61,663 nucleotides of DNA from an uncultured Clostridium sp. (GCA_964526505.1 CAZGJC010000005.1:1-61663), one strand, 5' to 3'. Positions 1-10,308 are shown, numbered from the stretch's first letter. Notes: a model not told the origin generated them from the letters alone. Numbers and translations are program-made.

Positions 1-290
1 GGCCAACGAACGTTTACGTAGTACATTCCGCAACGTGTAGCCTCTTCTTTAATTGCTTCAGCAGCCTGCTTTTTTGTGCCGACAAAGAGAATGTTACCGT
101 TCTGAGCGGAAAGTTCACGAACAAACATATAAGCCTCTTCGAACTTTTTCACAGTCTTTTGAAGGTCGATGATGTAGATGCCGTTTCTCTCTGTGAAAAT
201 GTATTCCTGCATCTTAGGATTCCATCTTCTTGTGTGGTGTCCGAAATGAACGCCTGCTTCAAGCAATTGCTTGATTGAAATAATAGACAT
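1..290 (-). CDS. rpsB: 30S ribosomal protein S2, 5' portion (runs off the window edge)
   Basis: Reverse strand from ATG at 290 reads [27 protein letters not shown], the S2 signature; AAGGAGGA RBS at 298-305. Not in the ORF track because it is truncated. Confidence 0.97.
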   Translation of the reverse strand, partial: MSIISIKQLLEAGVHFGHHTRRWNPKMQEYIFTERNGIYIIDLQKTVKKFEEAYMFVRELSAQNGNILFVGTKKQAAEAIKEEATRCGMYYVNVRW

Positions 291-304
291 ATTTATGTCC
301 TCCT

Positions 305-392
305 TCGGTTTTTCCACCACAGATGTTTAACGAAATGATCTTGAAACAAATCAAGACACCGATAACGTATCATAACCACCTGTGTGTGTATT
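305..392 (-). ncRNA. rpsB (S2-binding) autoregulatory leader RNA, cis-regulatory
   Basis: Minus strand reads ACACACAGGTGGTTA...GGTGTCTTGA-TTTGTT-TCAAGA...TAAACATCTGTGGTGG directly before the rpsB RBS. The 5' ACAC motif, central GGUG, apical hairpin and long basal stem match the layout of known rpsB leaders. Boundaries are approximate. Confidence 0.7.
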
Positions 393-421
393 ATTTTTAT
401 GTGTTTTACACATACTTGAAT

Positions 422-450
422 ATTGTACCATATTTTAAAAATTCACGCAA
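422..450 (-). promoter_or_regulatory. sigma-A promoter for rpsB
   Basis: TTGCGT-17bp-TACAAT with an extended TG, just upstream of the S2 leader. Confidence 0.8.
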
Positions 451-498
451 GTGATTTTTTAATTATTTACAATTTGTTTACATTCTCAACTGATATAA

Positions 499-780
499 TT
501 ATTTTTTCTTTTTTCTCTTTTTTTCGCAGCAGAAAGTTTCTGCGGAATGGAGTTTAACTAGTATCGTATCTTCCCCTATGCATTCTATTTTGCTCCAAGG
601 TATAATATATTCTTCATGCTTGCCCCAAAAAGGTAAACCATTACAAGATGCAACTATAATTGATAAAATTTGACAACATTCCATATCAAACTCAAAATCG
701 GTCGGATATCCTATTTTTTCGCCGTTGCAAATATTAACCACTTCAAGTTCTCGTAGATCTTCGGTACTGAATTTACGCAT
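499..780 (-). CDS. YlmC/YmxH family PRC-barrel sporulation protein
   Basis: DLRELEVVNICNGEKIG and YIIPWSKIECIGEDTILV match the family pattern; GAGGTG RBS. Confidence 0.9.
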   Translation of the reverse strand: MRKFSTEDLRELEVVNICNGEKIGYPTDFEFDMECCQILSIIVASCNGLPFWGKHEEYIIPWSKIECIGEDTILVKLHSAETFCCEKKRKKKK

Positions 781-787
781 AAAAACA

Positions 788-825
788 CCTCACTCTCACA
801 TTTAAAATTATATGCGAGAGCGAGG
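788..825 (-). promoter_or_regulatory. RBS-occluding hairpin with an embedded sigma-E-like -10 element
   Basis: CCTCGCTCTCGCAT pairs with ATGTGAGAGTGAGG (14 bp including 2 G-U); the 3' arm contains the GAGG of the RBS; CATATAAT straddles the 5' arm and loop. Confidence 0.55.
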
Positions 826-832
826 TATATTA

Positions 833-3592
833 TCATTTTGCAATTTGGTATTTTTTAACCTTTGATATTTTTGAATATGTAATGTTCGAAAGTATATTTA
901 TACATACAAATATCGGCAACAGTATAAATGACAGTGCATCGAAACATTCTCCGTACAGCACATTTGAAATATTTTGAAGCAATAGAAGTATATTATATTG
1001 TTCGTCTTGAAATATTTTATCGGCTATAAAAAGAGACAGTGATAAAACGAATATCAGAAAAATCAAAAGTATGAAAATGAAAATTAAAATCTTAATATAT
1101 TTTGACCTCGAATTTTCGTTTGAATATTCACGGCTGTATGAAATTAAGCGATATATCGAAACAAACGAAAGTCCTACAAAAGTAACAAAAGACACGTCAT
1201 TGACATTTAAAACACCAAAAATCGTCAGCAAAAATGCTATTATCGAATATAAAACAAGACCTCCCGCAAAGATAATCACTTTGACAACAGATGTTTTTAG
1301 TAATGCCTTTGGAAAAGCAATATAATTCCTTTCCTTTTTCTCAAAAAATCCCGGTACCGGTATATTATTTGAAAAAGCATATAGCCCTATACATATTACA
1401 AATAAATACGATATAAGCATTTGAGATGTATTTATGAAAGCAACACCTGACAGCACCGTTGAAAATGATAAAACGAAAAATGACATTACAGCGAAAAGTA
1501 CGTATTTCAAAAAATATGCAAAATTTATATATCCCGATGAAACAGCGTTCGCTGCATCAAGAATTCCGGAAATTCCGCCGTGTTCTTGTGAACGTTCTAC
1601 GAGTAGGTCTGCCATCGCACGAGTTTTTTGTGATGAAATTTGTGAATTATCATCACCACATTCCGGGAATGATTCATACATCGAAGTAAGATATTCTTTT
1701 GAATCGTATTTAATATTGTTACAGGTAACGGATATATCCGACAGAGCCATTATACCGCTAAATTTATTATCTACTCCGTAGGATACTATCGTTTTGCCGA
1801 CCTTTTTCATATGATTGAGCAACTTGGAATAATCACTCACATCAAATCCCAAATAAACATTATATTTGCCATAATTTGCGGTTATGTCTTTATTCAACTT
1901 GCGAAATTCCGATGCGAATGCGATTGACTTATCTGACGAAGAAGAAATCAATCCACAAGACATAAGATAATTTATATTTTCGGCACTTTCCTCGAACATA
2001 AATGACGTAATGCATATTCCCATTTGTCTACAACGTTCCAAGGCATAACACATATCATCAACTATATGCTCTTCAAACGAAATAATACCTTCAAGGGTTG
2101 ATTTTTCGTGTCCATCCGACTCATTTGATATTACAAATACAAGTTTTTCTCCGCAACTTTCGCATGCGTCAACATAATCAAAAATCTTTTTTTGTATGGT
2201 TTGATCGATAGGAACCACCATATCGCCAACGCTCATCAATCGACATTTCGAGACGACGCTTGAATTCTGAGAAATTGTTATTTTGGTTTCGAATTTATAT
2301 GAATTTTGTGACGATACATCATCTGTTATGTAATATTGAGAATTTATTTTCAGATTTGCACCCTCTGTATCGAATTCCATATCAGACATAAAATCTTCAA
2401 GAGACCTCTTGTAAAAATCCATTCCATGACATTCCATAGTTGATGTTGCCATCAGATAAGTGTATATATACTCACACAAACGGTAAGTCCTATCAGGTTT
2501 GGATTTGATTATTTGATAATCCAGACGCCTTCCTGACAAAAAAACGCTTGAAACATGCAACTTTCCATCCGTAATTCCTGCTCTTCCGAGCAATACGATA
2601 TCAGAATATAATGTCATAACATCTATGACACGATTTTTTTTCACAACAATACCGTCTGAGAGCCTATCGATAGAACTCTTAAATATAATTTTGCTCCACA
2701 AATCGATGGCATTAGATGAAATATACAGAACGGACGAAAGAAGCAGGAGAAGTATTTCCGAAAAATTTTTGTTATTCAAAGTAACCATCCCCGCAAACGC
2801 CATAAAAACCAACGCAAGCGATGCAATCACACAAATCTTCCGGGCTTGTTCCATAAATCTTGAAATAATATCGGGGCGTTTGATGTCTCCCGACATTGCT
2901 CCGTCATTCAAACGTTCATATAGACTCACCTCTTCCGACGTTCTTATAGCAAATGCACGACCCGTACCGGACACAATTATGCTTCCCGCATACAAAATTT
3001 CCTTTACGCACGATTCGCCTTTCAAATTTGTATTTTTAAAATCACGAATTTTTCTTGTTAAATTTCCGTGCGTATCACAAGAAAATTCATATACCGAAAG
3101 TTCTGCGGAAGAAAGCACAACAGCATCGCAGGTTATTATATCGCCTGCACCGAATATTATCAAATCACCATTTGCAATATTCTGACTTGATGTGTATTTC
3201 AAACATCCCGAGCGTATTATTTTTACTGTTGGATTTGAATACAATGCGATTTTTTCTTTTGTACGTGATGCAATTAAATTTCCAATTCCCAAAATAATGA
3301 CATTTACAGCAAGCAACACGAGAGTAATAATCCCAAGATACTGTGCACCATTGCAAATGGCAAATATAGATATGGTCATGTAAAGTATAACAAATATACT
3401 CAACACCGGGTTCAAAATCAAAGAAAACACGTTACTTTTTCGGGGACAGTACAGTGGCGATCTGTTTTTTATACCGTTTCTACGTTGCTCATCTATTCTT
3501 ATATTTGCCTCTGCATGTGAAAGTCCGTCAGTGGCAGAAGTATTAAGTTTTTGTTCGAGTTCATCCACACTCATTTCGAGCCACTTATCCAT
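833..3592 (-). CDS. P-type (type II, cation-transporting-like) ATPase homologue with degenerate catalytic motifs
   Basis: N-terminal LNTSATDGLSHAEANIR, A-domain GDLIIFGAGDIITCDA and LYAGSIIVSGTGRA, about 10 TM segments; DKTGT is replaced by GRAGIT and no TGES, PEGL or GDGxND motif is found. Confidence 0.8.
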   Translation of the reverse strand: MDKWLEMSVDELEQKLNTSATDGLSHAEANIRIDEQRRNGIKNRSPLYCPRKSNVFSLILNPVLSIFVILYMTISIFAICNGAQYLGIITLVLLAVNVIILGIGNLIASRTKEKIALYSNPTVKIIRSGCLKYTSSQNIANGDLIIFGAGDIITCDAVVLSSAELSVYEFSCDTHGNLTRKIRDFKNTNLKGESCVKEILYAGSIIVSGTGRAFAIRTSEEVSLYERLNDGAMSGDIKRPDIISRFMEQARKICVIASLALVFMAFAGMVTLNNKNFSEILLLLLSSVLYISSNAIDLWSKIIFKSSIDRLSDGIVVKKNRVIDVMTLYSDIVLLGRAGITDGKLHVSSVFLSGRRLDYQIIKSKPDRTYRLCEYIYTYLMATSTMECHGMDFYKRSLEDFMSDMEFDTEGANLKINSQYYITDDVSSQNSYKFETKITISQNSSVVSKCRLMSVGDMVVPIDQTIQKKIFDYVDACESCGEKLVFVISNESDGHEKSTLEGIISFEEHIVDDMCYALERCRQMGICITSFMFEESAENINYLMSCGLISSSSDKSIAFASEFRKLNKDITANYGKYNVYLGFDVSDYSKLLNHMKKVGKTIVSYGVDNKFSGIMALSDISVTCNNIKYDSKEYLTSMYESFPECGDDNSQISSQKTRAMADLLVERSQEHGGISGILDAANAVSSGYINFAYFLKYVLFAVMSFFVLSFSTVLSGVAFINTSQMLISYLFVICIGLYAFSNNIPVPGFFEKKERNYIAFPKALLKTSVVKVIIFAGGLVLYSIIAFLLTIFGVLNVNDVSFVTFVGLSFVSIYRLISYSREYSNENSRSKYIKILIFIFILLIFLIFVLSLSLFIADKIFQDEQYNILLLLQNISNVLYGECFDALSFILLPIFVCINILSNITYSKISKVKKYQIAK

Positions 3593-3613
3593 ATACCTTC
3601 TCCAAATGCAAAA

Positions 3614-5971
3614 TTAAAGACATTCTATTGCAAGTTTGCCGTTATTAACATAAATTTTTGCAACACTTATTTTTTTGTCATAATCGGAAATAATAATTTC
3701 CGCCAGTAAATCTTCAATATTCTTCTGAATATACCGTCTCATATTTCTTGCTCCGAATTTTTCTGAATATGATTTTTCGGCAACAAGTGTTGTGGCATCA
3801 TCTGTAACTTCGAGAGTAATTCCTTTGTCAGACAAGAGTTCTGACAATTGTCCGAGCATTATTTTTGCAATTTGTATGAAATTGTCTTTCGTGAGTCTGT
3901 TAAACGTTATTATTTCATCAACACGATTGATAAACTCGGGACGCAAAAAAGCAGAAAGTGCTTTTTCGGTATTTTCATTTGCCGTTATTACATCATTTGA
4001 CGAAAAACCGACGACACCGGCACTTCTTTCAGAACCTGCGTTTGTTGTCATAACGATTACCGTATTTTCAAAATTAACAGTTCGTCCCTGTGCATCGGTA
4101 ATCCTGCCGTCATCAAGAATTTGCAAAAGTATGTTCAATACATCGGGATGTGCTTTTTCAATTTCATCGAAAAGTACTACCGAATACGGTTTACGCCTGA
4201 TTTTTTCTGTCAGCTGTCCGGCATCGTCATACCCAACATACCCCGGAGGCGATCCGATAATTCTCGATACCGCATGCTTTTCCATAAATTCTGACATATC
4301 GAGTCTTATAAGATTCTCAGGGGAATTGAACAGATCCGACGCAAGTGTTTTTACAAGTTCTGTTTTTCCTACGCCGGTGGGACCCGCAAATATAAATGAC
4401 ACAGGTTTTCGTTTGTAGGAAATTCCCGCTCTGTTTCTCTTTACAGCCTTTGCAACTGCATCTACCGCCTGATCTTGACCCACAACATGTGATTTGAGGC
4501 GTTCTGCAAGATTATCTATTTTTTTATATTCATTTTCAGTTATTGAAGTTGCAGGGATTCCCGTCCAAGTTTCAATTACTTTTGCAATATTCTCCTCAGA
4601 AAGAGCGATTTTATCGCATTCCGCCTCCAATTCTCCAAGACGTGCGGAAAGTTTCATTTCTTCCGATTGTATTGTTGCGATTTTTTCGTATTTTTTCTGA
4701 CTTTCGGAATCATCATTAGTTATCTCGTTTTCAATAGACTCACGTTCCTGTTTCAATGACAACAGTCGATCGTGAATATCAAGCGATTCGTTGATAGATG
4801 CTGATGAGAGCGAAAGTTGAGAAGCGGCCTCATCAAGTAAGTCAATCGCTTTATCGGGCAGATACCTGTCTGTTATATATCTTTCCGAAAGTATAACCGT
4901 CCGTTTTAAAATACTTTGCGGTATGTGTATCCTATGAAATGTTTCATAATAATGCGAAATACCTTCAAGCATTTTAACGGCATCATCAATAGACGGTTCA
5001 TTAACGGTAACAGGTTGAAATCTTCTTTCAAGTGCCGAGTCTTTTTCAATAAATTTACGGTATTCGTTTAAAGTTGTGGCACCTATAACCCTGACCTCCC
5101 CTCTGGACAACGCAGGTTTAAGTATATTAGCCGCATTAACGCTTCCCTCGCCACCTCCGGTTCCAACTATATTATGGAGTTCGTCTATAACCAGTATAGC
5201 ATTTCCGCAGTCTCTAACTTCGGAAAGAAGCCCCAATATACGTGATTCAAATTGACCCCTGAACTGTGTGCCGGCAACGAGAGCGGTTAAGTCAACGAGA
5301 TAAATTTCCTTGTTTTTCAAAAGATAAGGAACATTTCCCTCCGCTATTCTTATGGCAAGACCCTCTGCAATCGCAGTTTTTCCAACTCCCGGTTCTCCAA
5401 TTAAACAGGGATTGTTTTTTTGCCTCCGACAAAGTATTTGTATAACTCTGTCAGTTTCGGTTTTCCTGCCAACAATCTCATCTAACTTTCCACGACGTGC
5501 GTATTCAGTAAGATTTCTGCAATACGACGTTAGATATTTATATTGCTTTTTTTGAGTGCTTTTATCGTTTTTTTCTCGTGTTTTTTTAGTGATGTCCGCA
5601 TTTTCCTGCAAGCTTTCATCTCTCCTTTGCATTGGCAGATTTCCACCAATCATGTCCGAAAGCCCGCTGTCCTTGAATAGTTTTTGAAAATCAATTGCAG
5701 GTGCAACCGCATCACTATCACCTGAATCACTGTCATTTTCATCATCAAAATCGGAATTTCCGAGAACTTCCCCGAGTTCGTTTTCAAGATTTTCTATTTG
5801 ATCGGGAGATATGCCCATTTTTTTATACATATCCCCCATCATATTTTCAACAGGAAGACCGAGTTCCTTGGCACACTGAACGCACAATCCCTCGGATTTC
5901 TTCTCATTATTTTCAACTTTGGTGACAAAAATCACCGCCATACGCTTATGGCATCTTGAACATTTTATCAT
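3614..5971 (-). CDS. ATP-dependent Clp protease ATPase subunit (ClpC/ClpE-like, N-terminal Zn finger)
   Basis: CSRC...CVQC N-terminus; two AAA+ modules (GEPGVGKT, GPTGVGKT); RLDMSEFMEKH; GSPPGYVGY; VGF ClpP-docking loop. Confidence 0.95.
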   Translation of the reverse strand: MIKCSRCHKRMAVIFVTKVENNEKKSEGLCVQCAKELGLPVENMMGDMYKKMGISPDQIENLENELGEVLGNSDFDDENDSDSGDSDAVAPAIDFQKLFKDSGLSDMIGGNLPMQRRDESLQENADITKKTREKNDKSTQKKQYKYLTSYCRNLTEYARRGKLDEIVGRKTETDRVIQILCRRQKNNPCLIGEPGVGKTAIAEGLAIRIAEGNVPYLLKNKEIYLVDLTALVAGTQFRGQFESRILGLLSEVRDCGNAILVIDELHNIVGTGGGEGSVNAANILKPALSRGEVRVIGATTLNEYRKFIEKDSALERRFQPVTVNEPSIDDAVKMLEGISHYYETFHRIHIPQSILKRTVILSERYITDRYLPDKAIDLLDEAASQLSLSSASINESLDIHDRLLSLKQERESIENEITNDDSESQKKYEKIATIQSEEMKLSARLGELEAECDKIALSEENIAKVIETWTGIPATSITENEYKKIDNLAERLKSHVVGQDQAVDAVAKAVKRNRAGISYKRKPVSFIFAGPTGVGKTELVKTLASDLFNSPENLIRLDMSEFMEKHAVSRIIGSPPGYVGYDDAGQLTEKIRRKPYSVVLFDEIEKAHPDVLNILLQILDDGRITDAQGRTVNFENTVIVMTTNAGSERSAGVVGFSSNDVITANENTEKALSAFLRPEFINRVDEIITFNRLTKDNFIQIAKIMLGQLSELLSDKGITLEVTDDATTLVAEKSYSEKFGARNMRRYIQKNIEDLLAEIIISDYDKKISVAKIYVNNGKLAIECL

Positions 5972-5987
5972 AAATCTAAACTCAACC

Positions 5988-6473
5988 TCACGTTAAAACA
6001 TCTTTTATAAAACCGAAAATATTTGATTCGGCGACAAATTTGAATATATATGAGTTATTATACACTTCCTCAAATGAACTTTTTCCGCTCACTTCACTTA
6101 AAGTCGAAAGTAAACTGTGAAGAGGAACAGAAATAAGTGATATGGTAATTATCCCGAGAACAACACCGATGAGAATACCGAAAAGTTTATCCAACGTACT
6201 TATAATCGGAATTTTTATCTTTTTTACAATAGCCATAATTATTGTCGCTACTACATATGTGACAACAAAAACAGCAATATATCCCAAAATTCCGGATAAC
6301 GCACCCCCGTCTCCAACGGATTTTCCGATGGTTGGACCGAGTAATAGTGCCAGAATAAGCGAAATTGCGATACGTGCGATTCCGAGTACAACGCCGGTAA
6401 GCCCACGTTTCCAACCGAAAATAACTTGAAGTACGAATACCGCAACTAAAATTATGTCAATTGCCAAACTCAT
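5988..6473 (-). CDS. CvpA family membrane protein
   Basis: IDIIL...GWKRGL and LDKLFGILIG motifs; 4 hydrophobic segments. Confidence 0.85.
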   Translation of the reverse strand: MSLAIDIILVAVFVLQVIFGWKRGLTGVVLGIARIAISLILALLLGPTIGKSVGDGGALSGILGYIAVFVVTYVVATIIMAIVKKIKIPIISTLDKLFGILIGVVLGIITISLISVPLHSLLSTLSEVSGKSSFEEVYNNSYIFKFVAESNIFGFIKDVLT

Positions 6474-6484
6474 ATTTTAACTCC

Positions 6485-7804
6485 TTATTCGATATCAAAG
6501 TATATACCCCGTGATTCGGTGCAAAGTAATACACGGTTTTTGTTGCATACAAGAATTTTACCGAAAGTATCATCACTGCTTTTTGAAACGGTTATTTTGG
6601 TCTTGTAATTGAATTTACTTATGCCATCATTGGTCAAAAGGAAAACATAATCTCCAAACGCCTGCATATCGGTAAAATTGCCTCTTATTTTGCCGTTGTA
6701 AATAATTTTTGCATTCTTATTTAACACAACGAGCGTATTCTGACCGTTAACCAAATCATCTTGGAACATCAGTGAAACAATATTTTCTGTGTAAGATAAG
6801 TTTGCAATTTGGTTACCGTCATACCTGTATTCACCCTTTAACTTTCCTTTTAACGAGTATGTACGAACACAGTCGGAACATATCACCGCTATACGATTTT
6901 CGTCAAGAATGGCACATGTGTAGGGCGTAACTTCTCCAATATCAAATTGAGAATATACTTTGCCTTTATTTTTTTTCAGTACCGTGATTTGTGTTGTCGT
7001 GCTTCCGCCATCAATTGATATTCCGACAACAGCGGTATATTTACAGTTTTTCGAACTTGTTACCGATACAACATATTTATTTGTTGAATATGTGCTTATT
7101 TCTTCGAGTTTATTACTATATCGATGTATTACAGAGTTGTAATCATCAGATTTTACAGCAACCGAAAAACCACCGTCCGATGATGTGGCAACATTCGCAA
7201 TTTGACCGTCAAAATTTATTGTGGTTAACTTTTTAAATGAGTTGTATACGGAAAGTTTTGTCCCACCAAGATCGTAAACAATCATATACTTGTTTGACGT
7301 AACTATTACAGGGTTTGCAAACACATCCCCTGATGTAAGAGTAACTCTACCGGTTGCGTTAAATAGTTTTATTTCACTGTTACAAGCAACGGCAAGACCT
7401 TTTTTATACAATGCGTAATCACATGCGGTATCAGTCTGAGAATAATTTAAAACGTTTGCCTGAGTTTCGGCATACGAATTCATATACCCTATATCTTTTG
7501 CCATATAATAAAGATTATCTATATCCATTCTTCCGGCACTGAACATCACCCCCAAAAGAATTGCAATGATAAGACAAACGATTAAAAATATTTTTAAAAA
7601 ATTAAGTTTAAGTGCATATTCGGCATACCCCTCGTCAGAACCACATCTTGCCTTGATTGATGCCTTATTTTTCGAGATGATTTTTTTTACCGGTGCAAGT
7701 TGCTCGAATTTTTCCATTGTGTATGTCAAAAAAAACATGGCACGACTTACAAACGGCTTTTTATTTTTTGATTTTTTGATGTTTTTCAATTCTGAATTTC
7801 TCAC
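6485..7804 (-). CDS. membrane-anchored beta-propeller protein (DUF5711-like)
   Basis: Basic N-terminus, one TM, beta-rich repeats (YMIVYDLGGTKLSVYN); adjacent to cvpA; GTG start. Confidence 0.6.
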   Translation of the reverse strand: MRNSELKNIKKSKNKKPFVSRAMFFLTYTMEKFEQLAPVKKIISKNKASIKARCGSDEGYAEYALKLNFLKIFLIVCLIIAILLGVMFSAGRMDIDNLYYMAKDIGYMNSYAETQANVLNYSQTDTACDYALYKKGLAVACNSEIKLFNATGRVTLTSGDVFANPVIVTSNKYMIVYDLGGTKLSVYNSFKKLTTINFDGQIANVATSSDGGFSVAVKSDDYNSVIHRYSNKLEEISTYSTNKYVVSVTSSKNCKYTAVVGISIDGGSTTTQITVLKKNKGKVYSQFDIGEVTPYTCAILDENRIAVICSDCVRTYSLKGKLKGEYRYDGNQIANLSYTENIVSLMFQDDLVNGQNTLVVLNKNAKIIYNGKIRGNFTDMQAFGDYVFLLTNDGISKFNYKTKITVSKSSDDTFGKILVCNKNRVLLCTESRGIYFDIE

Positions 7805-7825
7805 GCCGGCACCCCCTCTTATTGT

Positions 7826-8584
7826 TCAATACTCCACTTTGTTCAAATATAACCCATATGCCGGTGCCGTCATACCGGCACGACTTCTGTCATGAGAATT
7901 TATTATATCATTTATTTCATCAGGAGAAATTTTGTTCTCCGCCACAAATAAAAGCGTTCCGACAATAATTCTCACCATATTATATAAAAAACCGTCCGCC
8001 GCAACTTTAAATATCAAAGTGTCTCCGACTCTTTCTACGTTTGCGTAATAAATTGTCCTAATTGTGTTTTCAACTTTTGAGCCGTTAGCCATAAAAGACA
8101 AAAAATCATGTGTACCAACAAGTTGTTCTGCCGCATCGTTCATATTTTTTAATGAATCGGAAGATATTGTTTTCGGATAATGCAAACTTCTTCCTTCCTC
8201 AAATGGATTTCGGTGACGTCGGTTGTATATTCGATAAATGTATTCTTTGTATTTCACATCATATCTCGGGTGAAAATTTTCCTCTCTCCATTCCGCATGC
8301 CATACCGATATATCTTCCGGTAAATGAGCACAAAATGCATTCGGAATTTTTTCAATCGATATATGTGTTTTCAAATAATTTGTGTTCTTTTGGGTAACCG
8401 TTGCACAAAACATATTTGCGTGAACGCCTCTATCGGTCCTGCTACAACCTGTTATATCACATTCAACGCCGAATATTTCATATGATGCACGGCACAATTC
8501 GCTCTGAACCGTTCGCAAATTTCCTTGGACCTGATATCCAAAAAAATCCTTGCCAGAATAAGTTAAATAAATAAGTAACTTCAT
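7826..8584 (-). CDS. truA: tRNA pseudouridine(38-40) synthase
   Basis: GCSRTDRGVHA catalytic motif, GFLYNMVRIIVG, TAPAYGLYL; follows ecfT. Confidence 0.97.
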   Translation of the reverse strand: MKLLIYLTYSGKDFFGYQVQGNLRTVQSELCRASYEIFGVECDITGCSRTDRGVHANMFCATVTQKNTNYLKTHISIEKIPNAFCAHLPEDISVWHAEWREENFHPRYDVKYKEYIYRIYNRRHRNPFEEGRSLHYPKTISSDSLKNMNDAAEQLVGTHDFLSFMANGSKVENTIRTIYYANVERVGDTLIFKVAADGFLYNMVRIIVGTLLFVAENKISPDEINDIINSHDRSRAGMTAPAYGLYLNKVEY

Positions 8585-8593
8585 AACAATTTA

Positions 8594-9418
8594 TCAATTC
8601 ATAGTATATCCAATTGACAGAAAATTTATAACTAAAATAGCAATGCCTAATACAACCATTAGAGTCAGTGCCATAAAATCCCATACTGACAATTTCAAGA
8701 CTGTCATTCTGGTTCTGCCCTCGCCACCACGATAGCATCTACACGTCATTGCGGTCGCTAAATCTCCCGCACGTCTGAATGCCGAAATAAACAGCGGAAT
8801 AATAATCGGAATAAGTGCTTTCAAGCGTTTTATTATTGAGCCGTTGGAAAAATCCGCTCCTCTTGATTTTTGTGCGGACATAATTTTTTCGGTTTCCTCA
8901 ACTATTGTCGGAATAAATCTCAAAGCAATTGTCATCATCATAGCAAATTCATGAATCGGCACGTGAAGTTTGGAAAGCGGAGCAAATAATCGTTCAATTG
9001 CATCTGTAAGTTGAATGGGTGTAGTTGTATATGTCAAGAAAATACCGGCACCGATTATCATTGCAAGTATTCTTATCATTATGAATACAGCATTGTATAT
9101 ACCGCTCGTATAAATTTGAATAAACTTCCACGAAAACAACAATTCCGTCTCATTTCCCTTTGACATAAAAACATTTATAATGGCAGTGAATACCATTATT
9201 ACAATGATTGCCTTGATTGATTTGAAAACAGTTCTCAATGGTATCTTGCTCAATAAAACAAGGACTATTACAGACACAAAAAGCAAGCAAAACGACACGA
9301 TATTTTTGCACAAAAATCCTATGACAATATAGGCTATGGCAAGAATAAATTTCATCCTCGGATCAAGTTTGTGTATTACGGAATTTGACGGGTAATACTG
9401 TCCCAACGCTATATTCAT
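8594..9418 (-). CDS. ecfT: ECF transporter transmembrane component T
   Basis: IHKLDPRMK, ALRFIPT, AQKSRG and AMTCRCY motifs. Confidence 0.95.
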   Translation of the reverse strand: MNIALGQYYPSNSVIHKLDPRMKFILAIAYIVIGFLCKNIVSFCLLFVSVIVLVLLSKIPLRTVFKSIKAIIVIMVFTAIINVFMSKGNETELLFSWKFIQIYTSGIYNAVFIMIRILAMIIGAGIFLTYTTTPIQLTDAIERLFAPLSKLHVPIHEFAMMMTIALRFIPTIVEETEKIMSAQKSRGADFSNGSIIKRLKALIPIIIPLFISAFRRAGDLATAMTCRCYRGGEGRTRMTVLKLSVWDFMALTLMVVLGIAILVINFLSIGYTMN

Positions 9419-10275
9419 ATTTTAGCACCTCTGAAAACATTCAATAACGCATCTTGGGCAGATTCTACCGTATAAATGTTTTTATCAAGTTCAATACCAT
9501 GTTTTCTGAGCAATATAACAAGTTCTGTTATTTGCGGAATATCGAGTCCTATATTTTTCAACTCCTCACCACGAGAAAAAATATTTTCCTTGGATCCGAA
9601 CATTGCCACATGAGCCTCGTTCATAACTATAAGATCATCACAATATTTAGCCATGTCCTCCATACTGTGGCTGACGATTATTATTGTTGCACCGCTTTCC
9701 GAAGAATAACGCCGTATACCGTCGAAAATAGCGTTTCTGCCCAAAGGGTCGAGTCCTGCGGCAGGTTCATCGAGAACAAGAACTTCCGGATTCATAGCCA
9801 TGACTCCGGCAATTGCAACACGTCTCTTCTGACCACCGGATAAATCGAACGGCGATTTTGAAAGCAATGCTTTATCTATCCCCACAAATTCAGAAGCACA
9901 CAAAACACGAAAATTTATTTCTCTTTCGTCAAGTCCCATATTAGATGGTCCGTATGCAATGTCTTTATATACAGTTTCTTCAAATAATTGATATTCGGGA
10001 TATTGCATTACAAGTCCCACTTTGAACCTTATTTTCCCGATTTCCTTTGGCTTTTCCCAAATATCAATTCCGTCGAGCATAATTTTACCGGAAGTAGGTT
10101 TTATAAGTCCATTGAACATTTGGACCAAGGTTGATTTTCCCGAACCTGTATGACCTATAATTCCGGTTATTTTACCCTCTCTTATTTCCAAATTTATATT
10201 TTCAAGTGCAGTCGCTTCAAAAGGGGTCTTGGGACTATATACGTACGACACGTTGTCTATAATTATTTTAGACAT
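9415..10275 (-). CDS. ecfA2: ECF transporter ATPase A2
   Basis: YSPKTPFE, GHTGSGKST, QYPEYQLF, SPFDLSGGQKRR. Confidence 0.95.
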   Translation of the reverse strand: MSKIIIDNVSYVYSPKTPFEATALENINLEIREGKITGIIGHTGSGKSTLVQMFNGLIKPTSGKIMLDGIDIWEKPKEIGKIRFKVGLVMQYPEYQLFEETVYKDIAYGPSNMGLDEREINFRVLCASEFVGIDKALLSKSPFDLSGGQKRRVAIAGVMAMNPEVLVLDEPAAGLDPLGRNAIFDGIRRYSSESGATIIIVSHSMEDMAKYCDDLIVMNEAHVAMFGSKENIFSRGEELKNIGLDIPQITELVILLRKHGIELDKNIYTVESAQDALLNVFRGAKI

Positions 10276-10308
10276 TTATCTCCCTCCCACCGTAAATTCA
10301 ATATCATA

